DNA from: the human T2T-CHM13v2.0 reference genome, Homo sapiens
Direction: 5' to 3' (one strand)
Length of the DNA stretch: 64,000 nucleotides
NCBI RefSeq assembly: GCF_009914755.1
Contig: NC_060938.1
Each line of letters starts with the position of its first letter. Within the stretch, counting starts at the first letter, position 1. The position numbers and the translations under genes are program-made. Of this stretch, positions 52,381 to 64,000 are shown piece after piece. The notes under the pieces are model-generated. The model was not told where the DNA came from, did not search any database, and worked only from the letters and a program-made list of their open reading frames with translations.

Positions 52381-55300
52381 TGTCCCACCTGTGGAAACAA
52401 TAGTCAACTGGGGAAGCTACCCAGCCTGCTCACTGACCACTTATTACATATGCACCCAATGCTGTGTAAGGCACTTCACTTTTTTGCAAATGTGGCTTCA
52501 TTTTTTTCTCACAATTCTTTTTATCACTATATATTGTGAAATTACCATCTTGGTGTGCGTGGATGTGTTTATAGTTTTGTTCTCACCAGGTATGCATAAC
52601 CTGTTGATGGAAGAGCCCTGTCTTATTAACCCTTGCATTCGTGTTCATTGATTCACCCTCAAAATGTTTATTGAATGTCTAATATAGGTCAAGCACAGGC
52701 TAAATACAGACTTGGGGATGTGATTTTTGCAAGAATAAATAAATGAATGAACACAAGATGAAGAGACTAGGGAGAGAGCAGGAGTGGAGGCGTTGGGATG
52801 AAAGTCCTTGTCATCTTCCTGAGAGGAGTTGAAGAGCTTGCACTCAGCAGAGACAAAGGGATGGAGCCTTTGAGGTGGTTTACTGTGCTGAGATCCAGCT
52901 CTCCATGAGGAACCATGGACCAGGGGCAGGCCCATCCACCCCTTTCACTATCACTATTCACATCTGTAAAGTGATAGCTGTGAGTCTCTACCCCATAAGG
53001 GTCATTGGAACATTGGAGAAGCTCTGACATGTAAAACAATTAGCCAAGTGCCTGGACATCCCCAGTAAAGTCTAGTGATTATTAAGAGTATAAATAGATG
53101 CACAAGCAGACTAAACAAGCATTTGGAAATATGTGCATTTGCATAAACATATTGGTAATTAAACAAAACAACAACAAAAAAAAAAACCAGAAGAGAGAGA
53201 ATTACATAACCAAATCTCACCCTTTATGATTTTAACTCTCTTCCATCATCTGGAGAGAAGTCTTTGCAAGTTCTGCAATAGAATCTTAACCTATCATTAG
53301 AAAACTTCCTTGAAGGTTGAGGGACTCTGGCCCAGCCTCTGGAATCATTTGGATACCCCTGTGTCCGGACCCTGGCCTTTCCCACCCCTACCCTCACCAC
53401 CCCCATGGAGCAGACTCTCCTTTTCCTTCAGGGCTGATAGTAAAAGACATATAGTTCCAGGTCCCCTGAGCTGGAGGGTAATCCAGCTCACCAATTACTT
53501 GAAATTAAAGTCAGGTAATTTGAACCCATCTGTTGGACACCTGACCACAAACCACCTCTTAGCTAACCCTGAGCTGGATCCGATTACTCCCCAAGTGCCT
53601 GCCCGGCTTCATTATGCCACGGCCATGGGAAGGGAGGAAACCAAGAGGTTACTGGGGTCTTCAGTTAGCGCTTTGTCATTAGCGTGGTTATTACCCGAGT
53701 CCTCCCTCCCAGCAGACTTCAAGATATGGGAGATGGGAGGGCTAGCTGGTAACCGGACCAGAGGCTCCCAGGTCTCACCAGATGGAGTGGAGCCTTCATC
53801 AGAAGGGCCAGCAAAGGGCAGGCAGCTCCCCAGACAGGAGTGGGTGGATTCCAGGAGGCCAGACTAGGACTCCGTGGCTCCATCTCAGATGTGCTACAGA
53901 TGGTTCTTAGGGGCAATTATGGGGAACAGGGCAAAGCCTGGACACTGGCATCTGTAAGTCTGGGTTTGATAAATAGATCTGCCCCTTAATAGATACTGGG
54001 AAGTTTCTTGAACAACAAAGCCTCAAGTTCTTTGCCAATACAATGAAAATTGTGGAAATTAACTTAGACTGCCTTTCTAGAACCAGAGCAGACTCAGAAG
54101 TCTCCATTAAAGGGGAGTGTACCTGGACAGTGTCACGAAAGCCAAAACAGAGGGAATTCAGTCACCGGGTATTGAGGGGCTCAGGGGCAAGTACCCTGTC
54201 TCTATTCTAGGAATTGGAAATCAAAGCTCACAGAGGTTGAGCTCTGATCAAAGAAGGATGAGTAGATGGAAAATCCACTGTATAGATGCAGATGTAGCCA
54301 TACCATGGGCAAGCGAATGGGGAGAAAATAGATATCAGATTCTGGAAATGTAGATAGGGATAACATTGCCTTTCTTCCACAGTGTCAGATGGATTCTCAA
54401 CCCTGTGACCCCATTCTTGGTAGCAGAGTTTTCTTAGAGAAGTCTTTAATACCACAAGAATATGATTACCCATTTCTCCCAAATATGATTACATTTTCAG
54501 CTCCATTCTGCATTTTTTCCCTCTGGAAAATTGAGCATCTTATGCCCAAGAAAAAATGATAAAACTCCATTTGACTTCACTAGGGCAGAACTAAGACGGT
54601 TTTTGAACTGAAATTAAGTTGATACATTGAGAGCTTCTGTCATCGTAATACAACATCAGGAGAACAGGCAGGGAGGAGTTTATCCTAGTAGCGTCCCTCC
54701 AAAGTTCTAGTCAAGTGGAGAGGGCTTTTTGATGTATCAAAGACAGTGCTATCTTTCAAACTGCATTCATATTCTAACGTCCTATCATCATTGTAAAATA
54801 ATGACAGAGCTAACATCCAACTTTTTACATGTATTTATTTATGGTTTTCAGCAGTCAAAGCAAGGAGGCACAGCCAGCTGCCTTTCACATCTGGCTCTAA
54901 ATGAGCCACGGCACTGGCTCTGTCCACATTTGCTGTATCCATGGTACTGAGGTCCTGGCCTCTCCTCAGTTGGCAGCTGCACTGGCACTTCTCCTCATGG
55001 TGGCTGTCCCTCAATATTGGCAAAATACATTCAATCAAATCTGCAGGTGATTAAACTTCAGATGTCTCTGAGCTCAGCAAAGTGAGTGTCTTGATGTCAA
55101 AGATGGACAGTGCTTTAAAGCATTCCACTTCAATTTCTTCCTCACTCTCTCCCACTTCCGACATTGCTGATCAGTGGTCACCCAGCCCCTCTTTCCATTG
55201 CCCAGTTGATGGGGCGCTCACCACATCACAAGTAGCCTATCAGATCTGCTACCCTTATAAATTAAGACCTGGAGGAGTCAACACCTGCTAGTCTTCCTAA

Positions 55301-55739
55301 CCTCAATCCATGTCACCTCCGAAAGTGCACTGATCTCCAGCCACACTGATCATATTGTCCTGAGCAATGCTAAGCTGCGTCCTGCCTCAATGATAATGAA
55401 TTTGCTGCTCCCTGCCTGAGAGAGGGGCCCTTTTCATCGCTGCCCACCCCTGCCCTTTGGTGTCAGTTCAGGTAGAATCTTTTCAGGGACACCTTCCCTG
55501 ACCACCTCATCTACAGTGGCTCTTACTGCCCTGGACCTCTATCCACTCCCGATCCTCTGAGCCCATCTTCATCCCCTTCATAGTACTGCCAATGTGGGAA
55601 ATGATCTGGCCTATGTATGCATTAGCCTGTGTGTGACTACGTACTGTTTATGCATGTGTTTGCTTGTGCACTACCATATTCTGTTTAAGTACATGTTCAC
55701 CTGTGTACAATCATATACCGTTTGTCCGTATGTACCTGC

Positions 55740-56139
55740 TATCTTAGTCTGTTTTGTGCTGCTATAATAGAGCACCACAGACTGGGTGATTTATAAAGAA
55801 CATAAATCTATTTCTCACAGTTTTGGAGGCTGGGAGATCCAACATCAAGATTCCTATAGGTTTGGTGTCTGTTAAGGGCCTGGTCTCCACTTCCAAGGTG
55901 GTGCCTCGTTGGTGCATTTTCAGGGAAAGGAACTCTGTGTCCTCACATGATCCAAGAGCAGAAGAGAAGGGCAAACTCATTCCTGCAATCCTTTTGTATA
56001 GAAGCATTAATTTATTAATGAGGGCAGAGACCTCATGACCTAAACACTTTCCATTAGGCTACACCTCCCAACGTGATTACAATGGGGATTAAGTTTCAAC
56101 ATGAGTTTTGGAGGGGACAGAAACCTCCAAACCACAGCA
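55740..56139 (-). mobile_element. ERVL-MaLR solo LTR (MSTC/MSTD/MLT1A-type), full length
   Basis: tatcttagtctgttttgtgctgctataa...cacagttttggaggctgggagatccaacatcaag...caacatgagttttggaggggacag...caaaccacagca. 5-bp TSD cctgc (55735-55739) / cctgt (56140-56144). Confidence 0.9.
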
Positions 56140-59100
56140 CCTGTGTCCTATTATATACTGGATATGCATGTGCTTACCTATATATGATTCTGTACTATCT
56201 ATGCTTGTGTTTATCTCTGTACTATTATGGGCTGTTTATGCATGCATTTACCTGGGTACTATCATGTATCTCCTCCTCTGAAGTGCACGATTAGGAGAGA
56301 AGAAGTTCCTCTGTCTTGGTCACTTTTGCTTCTCAGGTAGAGTAGCTCCTCTGGAAACCCCTGCCTAATGAAGGAAACCTGGCAGGGCACACCTGCTGTC
56401 CAAAGTCCCTTACTGAGAGCAAACGTCAGTCTCACCACAATGCCCGTCACTACCACTGCCACTGCAGGCTGTAACTCTGCAGTTGAATCTGGTTTCTTTT
56501 GTCCATGAGCGCGTGCTTTATGATGCCAAATGGGGGATCTGTGGCCTTCTCAACTTTGAAGACAGAAATCAGGTCTCCCCGGTGTTTCCAATCCCTACAA
56601 CAGCTTAAATGTCTTCATTTTCTTCACAGGAAAAGTATCTTTTCGGATTCTGCTCAGATTTAATTTCCTCTACAAGGAAAATCCACTCCAATGTAGCTAG
56701 CTCATCATTCTAGTTTGTCGGCATCTTTTTTGGGGTCTGGGAGATTGCATTACAATATCTCCCATTGCCTCTCCCTTGGGCTATGCACACATCAGATGAG
56801 GTTGTCTTTGTCTTTTTTCAGGTCATTAATAGATAACTTTGAAAAGAGTCTAATGATTAATTCTTAGAGATTCCACAAGGCTGGCTTTATTAATAAAATT
56901 AGCCTTGGGTCTTGAGCTTTTCTGAGGTCCCTTAAAGAAAGATATTCCAAATATTCAGCCATTTGAAAAGGTATCATAGAAGCAGGAGGTACTCTTACAC
57001 ACATGTGGTTCAACTCCCTCATTCTCCAGATGAAGAAACCATGATCCAGAGAGAAGTTTATCACACGCAGAGGAGCAGCCAGGGAAGGACGTGTGGCTGG
57101 TGAGTGGGAGAGTCAAGCTTAGAAGCTAGAGGCCACACCTCATGGCCAGTAGGGGCTGGCCTTGCCTTCCTGCACCTACAGGGGCCAGAGTGGAAGGTGG
57201 GGAGACTTTCCCTCTGGCTGCAGTGCCTCAGAATCAGGGGTGAATTCTGATTCTGACTCATGCTGAGCTTTTGAGCTGGAGAAGCCTAAAAGATCAGAAC
57301 ACCAGCAGGAGACTGGGCTGGGTAGTGGGAACTCGGGTGTGGGGCCAAAGGTCAGAGAGCCTGAATGGGAGTGATGGAGGCATTTAGGAGTGAATAACAG
57401 CTTTGCCTGTGGCCAACACTGGATTAATAGCAACAGAGACTGGGGCAGAGACATTTAGGGGGTCTGAGTTGGAGAAGATAAAATGCTGAGTGTTAACTAC
57501 AGAGGAGAGACCCCTGGGGTCCCTTGCAGAGAGGTCAGAAGCTTGAGCACATTAATTTCATAGAAATGCATTCAGGGGTTTGGGAGTGGAGAGAAGGGAG
57601 TGTGGGGATGACTGCCTTCCTTGGAAAGGTGTGTCAAAGGGTGTCTGAAGGTAGAGGTGTAGACAAGCCGATGGGTTAGAGACAGTGGCCACCCAGCTAC
57701 AGGATCAGTGTGAACAAAGACACAGAAACTAGAATACGAGGGGAGGTAGGGCTGGGAACGCACCGGGGATGCTGCAATCTTTTTCCTTCACCTTGCCTGC
57801 CTTGGTCTCTCTGATGCACAAAGTTAACTCAAATTCTGCTCTTACCTGGAGTGATCACAGCTTGAAACTTCAGCCAAGAATTGAAAGAAAAATCCGGGAG
57901 AAGAAGAAATTCATTCTGAAAGGCATGGAGAAGAAGGTTGTTGAATTGTTTTCATCTTCAAAGAGGAACCTGCAGAAGGAAGGAATCCTCGGTCAAGCCC
58001 TCACCCCCATGCCCGCCTCCTTTCTCTAAGTACAACCTGAACAAATAGGGCATGTTCTCAAAGTCTATGGCCTTGGCTTTGAACCTAAGGGACCCTAACT
58101 GGGACTTCCCAAACAGGTGGGAAGTTTGTGAGGAACAATGCCACTAAAGGTTATAGGGGCATTTGGCAGGCCCAACTGGGCAGCTTGGCAGTTCTTTTAA
58201 GCCAACAGTGCCTCAGATTCTAAGTCTGTAAAATGGGTGTGATAATAATACCTCCCCCCTCAGATTGTTGTAAATTTGTCATATAGGGGTAGATTTGTTA
58301 AAGAATTCCATAAACTGGAAAGCAACCCATGAGTGTGAAGACCAGCTCCTTCCCCCAACTCTCTTTCCTCCCCAACCCCAACTCTGACGCCATTGTTGAA
58401 ACATTTGCTCTGGGAAGGACAGGAGAGAATAAATATTTTTAAAAAACAACTTCTGTCTTCCAATATGCTAGCACTTGCTTGCATTTAATTCTTGCCATTG
58501 TCCTGAGAGGCAGATATTATTCTCTCTAGAGATAAGGAAACTAAGCTGTAGAATATTCTGAGCCTGGCCTGGTTTCTGCCCTTCAGTGCATACAGAGCCA
58601 AGAGCTGAAGTCACGTCTGCCCATCCACCTCCACGCCCTCCCCAGTCCACCCCACACTGGTGGGTGTGTGCTAGAGCATCTTCCTTGGTACTGATGCTCA
58701 GAGTCAGCCCCAGGCTTGGAAGGGAGCTCAGAGTAGCAAATAGGCCCTGACCCACAGCTAGAGCCAGGGCCTGCGCAGGCATCATTCATACAGTATGTCT
58801 TCAATTTCCATGGTGGAAATAGAGCTGCCCATGGGGAAGATGAAAAAACCAAGGAGAAGAGCACTTTCCCAGCTTGTTCAATGCTGCTTAACTACAACAG
58901 CAGAGCTAGACATTGGCCATTTCCTGCCCACTAGGTACTTTGAAATATCTGCAGGGATGGGAGTGACAGAAGACAGGACCTCTCAGCCAAGTGAGAACTG
59001 CTGCTCACATCGAAAGTGAAGAGACCACTCTGTCCTCAGGATGGTTTTTTGTAGCATGCATGGACGGGAGCAGTCCTCAATGAATCATCCTTGGAGGGGT

Positions 59101-59529
59101 TCCCAGGACCAGCAAAGTAACTTGGGGATACCTGGTCTTACCGGACAAGTGAGATATGAACCTACCGAATAGTATCATGTTTCAAGATTCAGCATCCCAA
59201 TCCCTGTGAATATAGCACTCAAGATAAATCAGTGATATGTCAACACACGCAGTGCCCAAAGCTTAGCAGATCTCCATTAGGAAACGTGGGCTGAAACAGA
59301 CTGAACCACCTCTGGCCCTCTGTTGCCACTGTCATCAGCAGTAATAATTAGTATCACTACTGATTATATTAGTAGCAATAGAATTAATATTGATATCTTA
59401 GTGCTAATGTTAGATTTTTATGGTATTTGACTTACTAAAAGACTCTTTGAATAGATCTTCAGTGTTGGCAAGTTGTTTGGATATATTTTATGTCATCCCA
59501 CGCTTACAATAAGCAAACTTCCTTGACGG

Positions 59530-59705
59530 TTGTATGGACCCTAATTCTTAGTGTCCAAGCTCTATCAGTTCCTCCCAGTGTGTCCTTCTGTGAGTCAGTA
59601 ATGCCACAGAAACTGAGTTTCTTCTTTTGTGAAATGCAAATGATGTTGCCTAGGACCCAGGATTCTCTGGAGGATAAAAGGAGGTGGGAGAGCACTCGGC
59701 ACAGT
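59530..59705 (+). mobile_element. MIR SINE
   Basis: ctgagtttcttcttttgtgaaatgcaaatgatg...ggattctctggaggataaaaggag...agcactcggcacagt. Confidence 0.55.
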
Positions 59706-60679
59706 GGTGGCCATGATTTTGTAGCCACAACCGTCATTCCACCATTGTCACTCTCATCTTGGGGCTATTTCTTCTGCTATGTACTAGGGTCAGGGCTCTG
59801 GGCTGTTCCCATTGGGCCAATGTCTTGCAATTGCTAAGTTTCCCAGCAGGCAATTCCCAGCCACCACTCCAGTGCTGTCCTCCAGGCACTTTCAGGCACC
59901 CTGAAGGCAAGACCAACCCCAGCACCCCTGGTTGGCCTGCTGAGGCTAGGGGTGGTGCCTGCAGTGAGGATCACCACTGCAGGCAGCTGAAGAAGGCCCC
60001 TGTCACATGGACACCCTGCCCACACCACCCATGATGGTAATGACTGACAACTATACACTGCCTTGTTTTAGACACAGGTTTCTTTGTCCATCCAAGGAAC
60101 CCTGTGGTCCAATTTCTCTAAAATTCTCTTGCAGGAAATGAAGAACCTGAGGTCCTTGAGAGCTACCTTGTCTGACAGTCACTCAACTGTAAATGCAGCA
60201 GCCCAAGTCTCAGGTCTTCAGATTCTGTGCACTTGGGAGCAACCGAGCAACCTGCGGATGGGGTCATTCAGGTGCCTAGGAGCCTGTATGTAGCTGGTCT
60301 AGTTCAACCCTGTCCCTCCTCTCAAACCATGCTCAGGCTCTGAGGCTTGGCGTCCTCAGGCAAGCCGTGTGCATACAAGTCTCACACCACCGAGAAAGTC
60401 CAATCGTCAGCTTCACTGCTGGGAGCCTCAGACTCAGCTGCACTCCTGCTTGAACCTGGGGTCTCCCATTGTGCACGGCGTGCCACGCGGCTTGCAGCAG
60501 CCATCAACTGCCTGCCAGAGGGGGCAGCCAGTGTCAAGCAGTAGGGGTGAGAACTAGCAGGAACCTGGGCTTCCCTTGAGTAGGAAAGGACATTTGGGAT
60601 TGATTTGAACAGGATGCATTATAAAGCCTGGGTTTGCATAGGAGAAAGGCTCATAAGAAGCAATGGAGTGCATAAAGCA

Positions 60680-60862
60680 AAGAAAGGAGAGAGGGAGGGG
60701 CAGAGGGGAGAAAGGGAAAGAGAGAGAGGGACGGAGGGAGGGAAGGGAAAGAAGGGAAGAGAGAGAAGAGGGGCAGAGGGGAGAAAGGGAAAGAGAGAGA
60801 GGGATGGAGGGAGGGAAGGGAAAGAAGGGAGAGAGGGGGAGGGGAGGAGAGAAGAGGAAAGA
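60680..60862. repeat. Polypurine (GA-rich) tract with an internal 73-bp-period duplication
   Basis: 60695-60757 is repeated at 60768-60830 with 1 mismatch. Confidence 0.9.
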
Positions 60863-62603
60863 TCCCTCATTTCTACTGTAACTTGCTGGCTTGAATTCAT
60901 TTAGAGAATGGGAGGAAAGGGTCCATGATCAAAAGGAAGAAGAGAGTGGATTGGGTCCAGCAGCATGTAGACAGTCTCCCAAATCTACTTCCTCCTTTGC
61001 TCACGTTTGCCTGTGTGTATGCACTTATGCATCTGTGTGTGTGTGAGAGTGTGTCCCTGTGTATCTGCACATGTGTGTGAAGAGACTTATTGGTCATCCT
61101 GGACCCATGTCCATGGGTCCCTTAGCCCTGCAGGTCTGCTTTCAGCAGCAGCTGGAAGGTGAATTCAGTGTCACCACCCAGTGACTAGACAGACAGCCTT
61201 GTCCTCTTTGTGGACTTGAAGAAACAAAATTACCCCCAAAGTTTCACTTCTCTTGCTTGCTTTGCCATCAAGGTGGACTTTGGTGCTCCCCTTTCAGCTT
61301 TCAGAAAATGTGTGAGGCTCATGTGCTTTGGGGCTGCCCCTGGGTAAGAGGACATCAAGGCCATTCCAAATCAGATCTCCTGAAAGCTGGAAACTCCCTT
61401 CCCAGCTACAATTTCCTTTGGTGTATATGAAGAAGCAGGGGCTGGTGCACCCATCTGAGCCCTGTCCCATGTCACAAAGCATTTCTCAAATGCTCTGAGT
61501 TCAATAAAGCCCCAAAGTGCATTGTGCCAAGTCCTCTGTCCGATCCCTTGATTTTAAAAGTCATGCATATTTTGATTGAAATTTAATCCACATGTTCCTG
61601 ATTTATTTACAATCAAATCATCGAAATATTATTTTAAGGGCTGTTTGATGTCTAGGAAACCTTTTGAGGTCTTTTTAATATGATTTTAGAAGCCTCTTTC
61701 CTTAGAAGCCGGAAACTTTGCTTTGCTACTTGTAAATAAACCCAGTGGAGATGAGTGACTTAAGTCTAGAAATGTCATGGCATTTGACAGGGGTTTGAAA
61801 ACAGTAGAAGTCCTTTTTGCACCCAATAAGAGCTGCATTCAGATTTGCAGAACTTGCCTTCGCAATGTTCCCAGTAGCCCTTCGTCGAGGCATTCAAAGG
61901 CTACCATTTGTCCTAAATGTTTCATCACAATCCCCTTGTTTTCCAATGGGAAGGTCAGGCACTGACCTTTAGTGGGTACCCTGGGTACTGCGTTTGATGC
62001 CTCAAAGACAGGACCTCCTCTCATTTCTCCTGACAGCTTCCATGCCATGAATATCAGGATTTGCTTTCACCAATGGGGGGTGGGATATCCAAGAGGTTAA
62101 GTGACCTGTCTGCTGGTAGTCTTCTGAAAATATGGGATTGAGACTCAGGTTGGTCAGACACCCAGGGCACTCCACCCACATCACCAGGCCAACTCTCCAC
62201 GTTCAGTAATAGAAAACAATACATAAGTATTGGAATGTTTCTTGCATTTGTTTTGAGCTTTGCACATGTGCAAATATCTTAAACAATCATTGTGGGCATT
62301 GCCAGGGAGAAATGTACAGGAAGATCACACAGCAGCGTCCTGCCAAGGTGGTGATGCTTATGTTAAAGCTGTGAGCTAAAATGATCAATTATTTCATTAT
62401 TTTATTGGATTTTCCTGACACATTGTTAAGAAGGTGAGGCAAGAATTATTAATCTTACTTTAAATATAGAGAAACTGAACTAATAAATCAAGAGCAAAGA
62501 AGCCAAGGACTTCTCTTCATATTAGCAGAGGTCAGAAAGGAGCTAGTCCGTCAGCCTGAAGGGTTGCACCTTCGACATGGGCGTCTGGCAGCACATTGTG
62601 AAA

Positions 62604-62810
62604 CTGTGCTCTCTAATTTGTTAGCTACTAGCCACATGTGGTTACTTACATTCAAAGTAATTCAAATAAATAAAGTTAAAAATCCCATTCCTCAGTCATA
62701 CCCACTATACCTCAGGTTCACAATAGCCTCCTGGGGCAGGTGGCTGCCATCTTGGACAGCCCAGAAAGGGAATGTTTCCATCACTGCTGAAGGCCTTGCT
62801 GGACAGTGCA
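62604..62810 (-). mobile_element. MER3 (hAT-Charlie) DNA transposon
   Basis: gctactagccacatgtggttac...aaaaatcccattcctcagtca...ggctgccatcttggacagc...gaatgtttccatcactgc...tggacagtgc is the reverse complement of MER3. Confidence 0.85.
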
Positions 62811-63747
62811 CATCTGAAGACTCTGCACCCAGACCACCAACTTGGGGCATTTTAAATTAGTCACGTGGTCCGCCCCATCTCTCTTTTCCTTTCCATCCTT
62901 CAACAAGCTGCTATCCTCACTACCATCTGGGGTCCCTGTGACCTCCCTGTCTGTCCCCTTCTAATGCCTGGCCCAGGGGCAACCAGTGTTTAAACAGTTG
63001 CTGGAAGGCCTGGAAGGGCCTTGGCTCCTGGCAGCTCCAAGACTCTCAGTGGAGCAGTGCAGCTGCCTGCTCTGCCCTGCTGTGTTTCAACTAATCATCC
63101 ACAGTGTGGAAGAAGGGGGCTCCAGGGGGAGGAGGAAGGAGACTTCTGGAAGGTGAGGCACAGCAGGGTGATGAAGAGCTGCCAGGGAGCCAGACATCTG
63201 TGCCCAGACAGAGTTTCACCGATACGATCTTTGTTACTATCCTTGTGAGAGATAAACAACTTGCAGGAGCAGCGTGCAGGGAGGAAGTGCCCTGCTGAGA
63301 AAGTGGTGTGCAGAGGCCAGACACTCAGCCCCTGCGGTCAGGCCCAGGGCGAGGAAGGCGGGGGAGGGGAGGAGGCAGCCCGGGCCCCCCGCACAGGTGA
63401 CAGGAGTCACGGCGCCCACCACAGATGTCACCCAAGAGAGACGTGTGAGCCTTGGCACATGAGGTAGTAGAGGTTCTGTGAGAAAGAGGGGACAAAAAAA
63501 CGGCAGAAGAAAAGTGGGGCTGAGCAGGTTGAGCTTTGTCCTGCATATCGAGGCTAAGGATTGGGATTTATAACCTGAATCTGCCACTTACCCGGCTACT
63601 CTGCAGTTGGGTAACTTCTCTAAGACTCAGTTTTACCATCCAAAAAAATGGGAGGTCTGTTTTCAAGATACATTGTCACAGTGTGCCAAGGTTTCTCCTT
63701 GAGCAGAATCAGTAAGTTGTTCTTCCATGAATCAGAGTTCAGATGGA

Positions 63748-63799
63748 GGATGGATGGATGGATGGATGAATGGATGGATGGATGGATGGATGGATGGAT
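63748..63799. repeat. (GGAT)n tetranucleotide microsatellite
   Basis: Direct reading. Confidence 0.95.
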
Positions 63800-64000
63800 A
63801 GAAATTCTATTAAAGCATTTTGTTTTGTACAATGGATAGATGCATGCCTTTCTTTCCCAAAAGACTAGGAGCTATTCCAAGAAAAGGGATGGGTCTAATT
63901 CATTTGTAAATCTTCATGTGTAGCGCAATTCCAGATACACCTGCTCAGAAAAAAAAAAAAAAAAATGAAAGGAAGAAAAAAAGGGAGGATAACAGAAAAG

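Noticed and set aside
53310-53867. 185-aa ORF
   Set aside because: Non-ATG start, no recognisable homology and no supporting exon structure.
60605-60904. Glu/Arg/Gly-rich ORFs
   Set aside because: By-product of the stop-free polypurine tract.

Overview
This is primate, almost certainly human, non-coding genomic DNA (intergenic or deep-intronic), roughly 40-45% GC by eye. It contains six AluS-type loci, many old MIR/L2/L1M fragments, two MaLR solo LTRs, several MER/Tigger-type DNA-transposon fossils, microsatellites and one ~940-bp 21-mer minisatellite. I found no credible protein-coding gene, tRNA, rRNA or CRISPR array. The listed ORFs are Alu-, repeat- or chance-derived. Several repeat-free stretches carry clustered homeodomain, PBX-HOX, MEIS, SOX and FOX motifs and resemble developmental enhancers, but conservation cannot be verified from sequence alone and I could not identify the locus. 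The most unusual structures are: (i) a 71-bp copy of nearby sequence lying inside a perfect (TC)n(TA)n...(TA)n(GA)n palindrome, (ii) an Alu whose poly(A) tail is entirely replaced by a G-quadruplex-type tract between intact TSDs, (iii) a helically phased 21-bp AGTTCA minisatellite with higher-order structure, and (iv) a double-hairpin ancient element at the window start. I see no evidence for a new multi-gene system. Repeat subfamily names are from memory of consensus sequences and need RepeatMasker/Dfam confirmation. Boundaries of old repeats are approximate.
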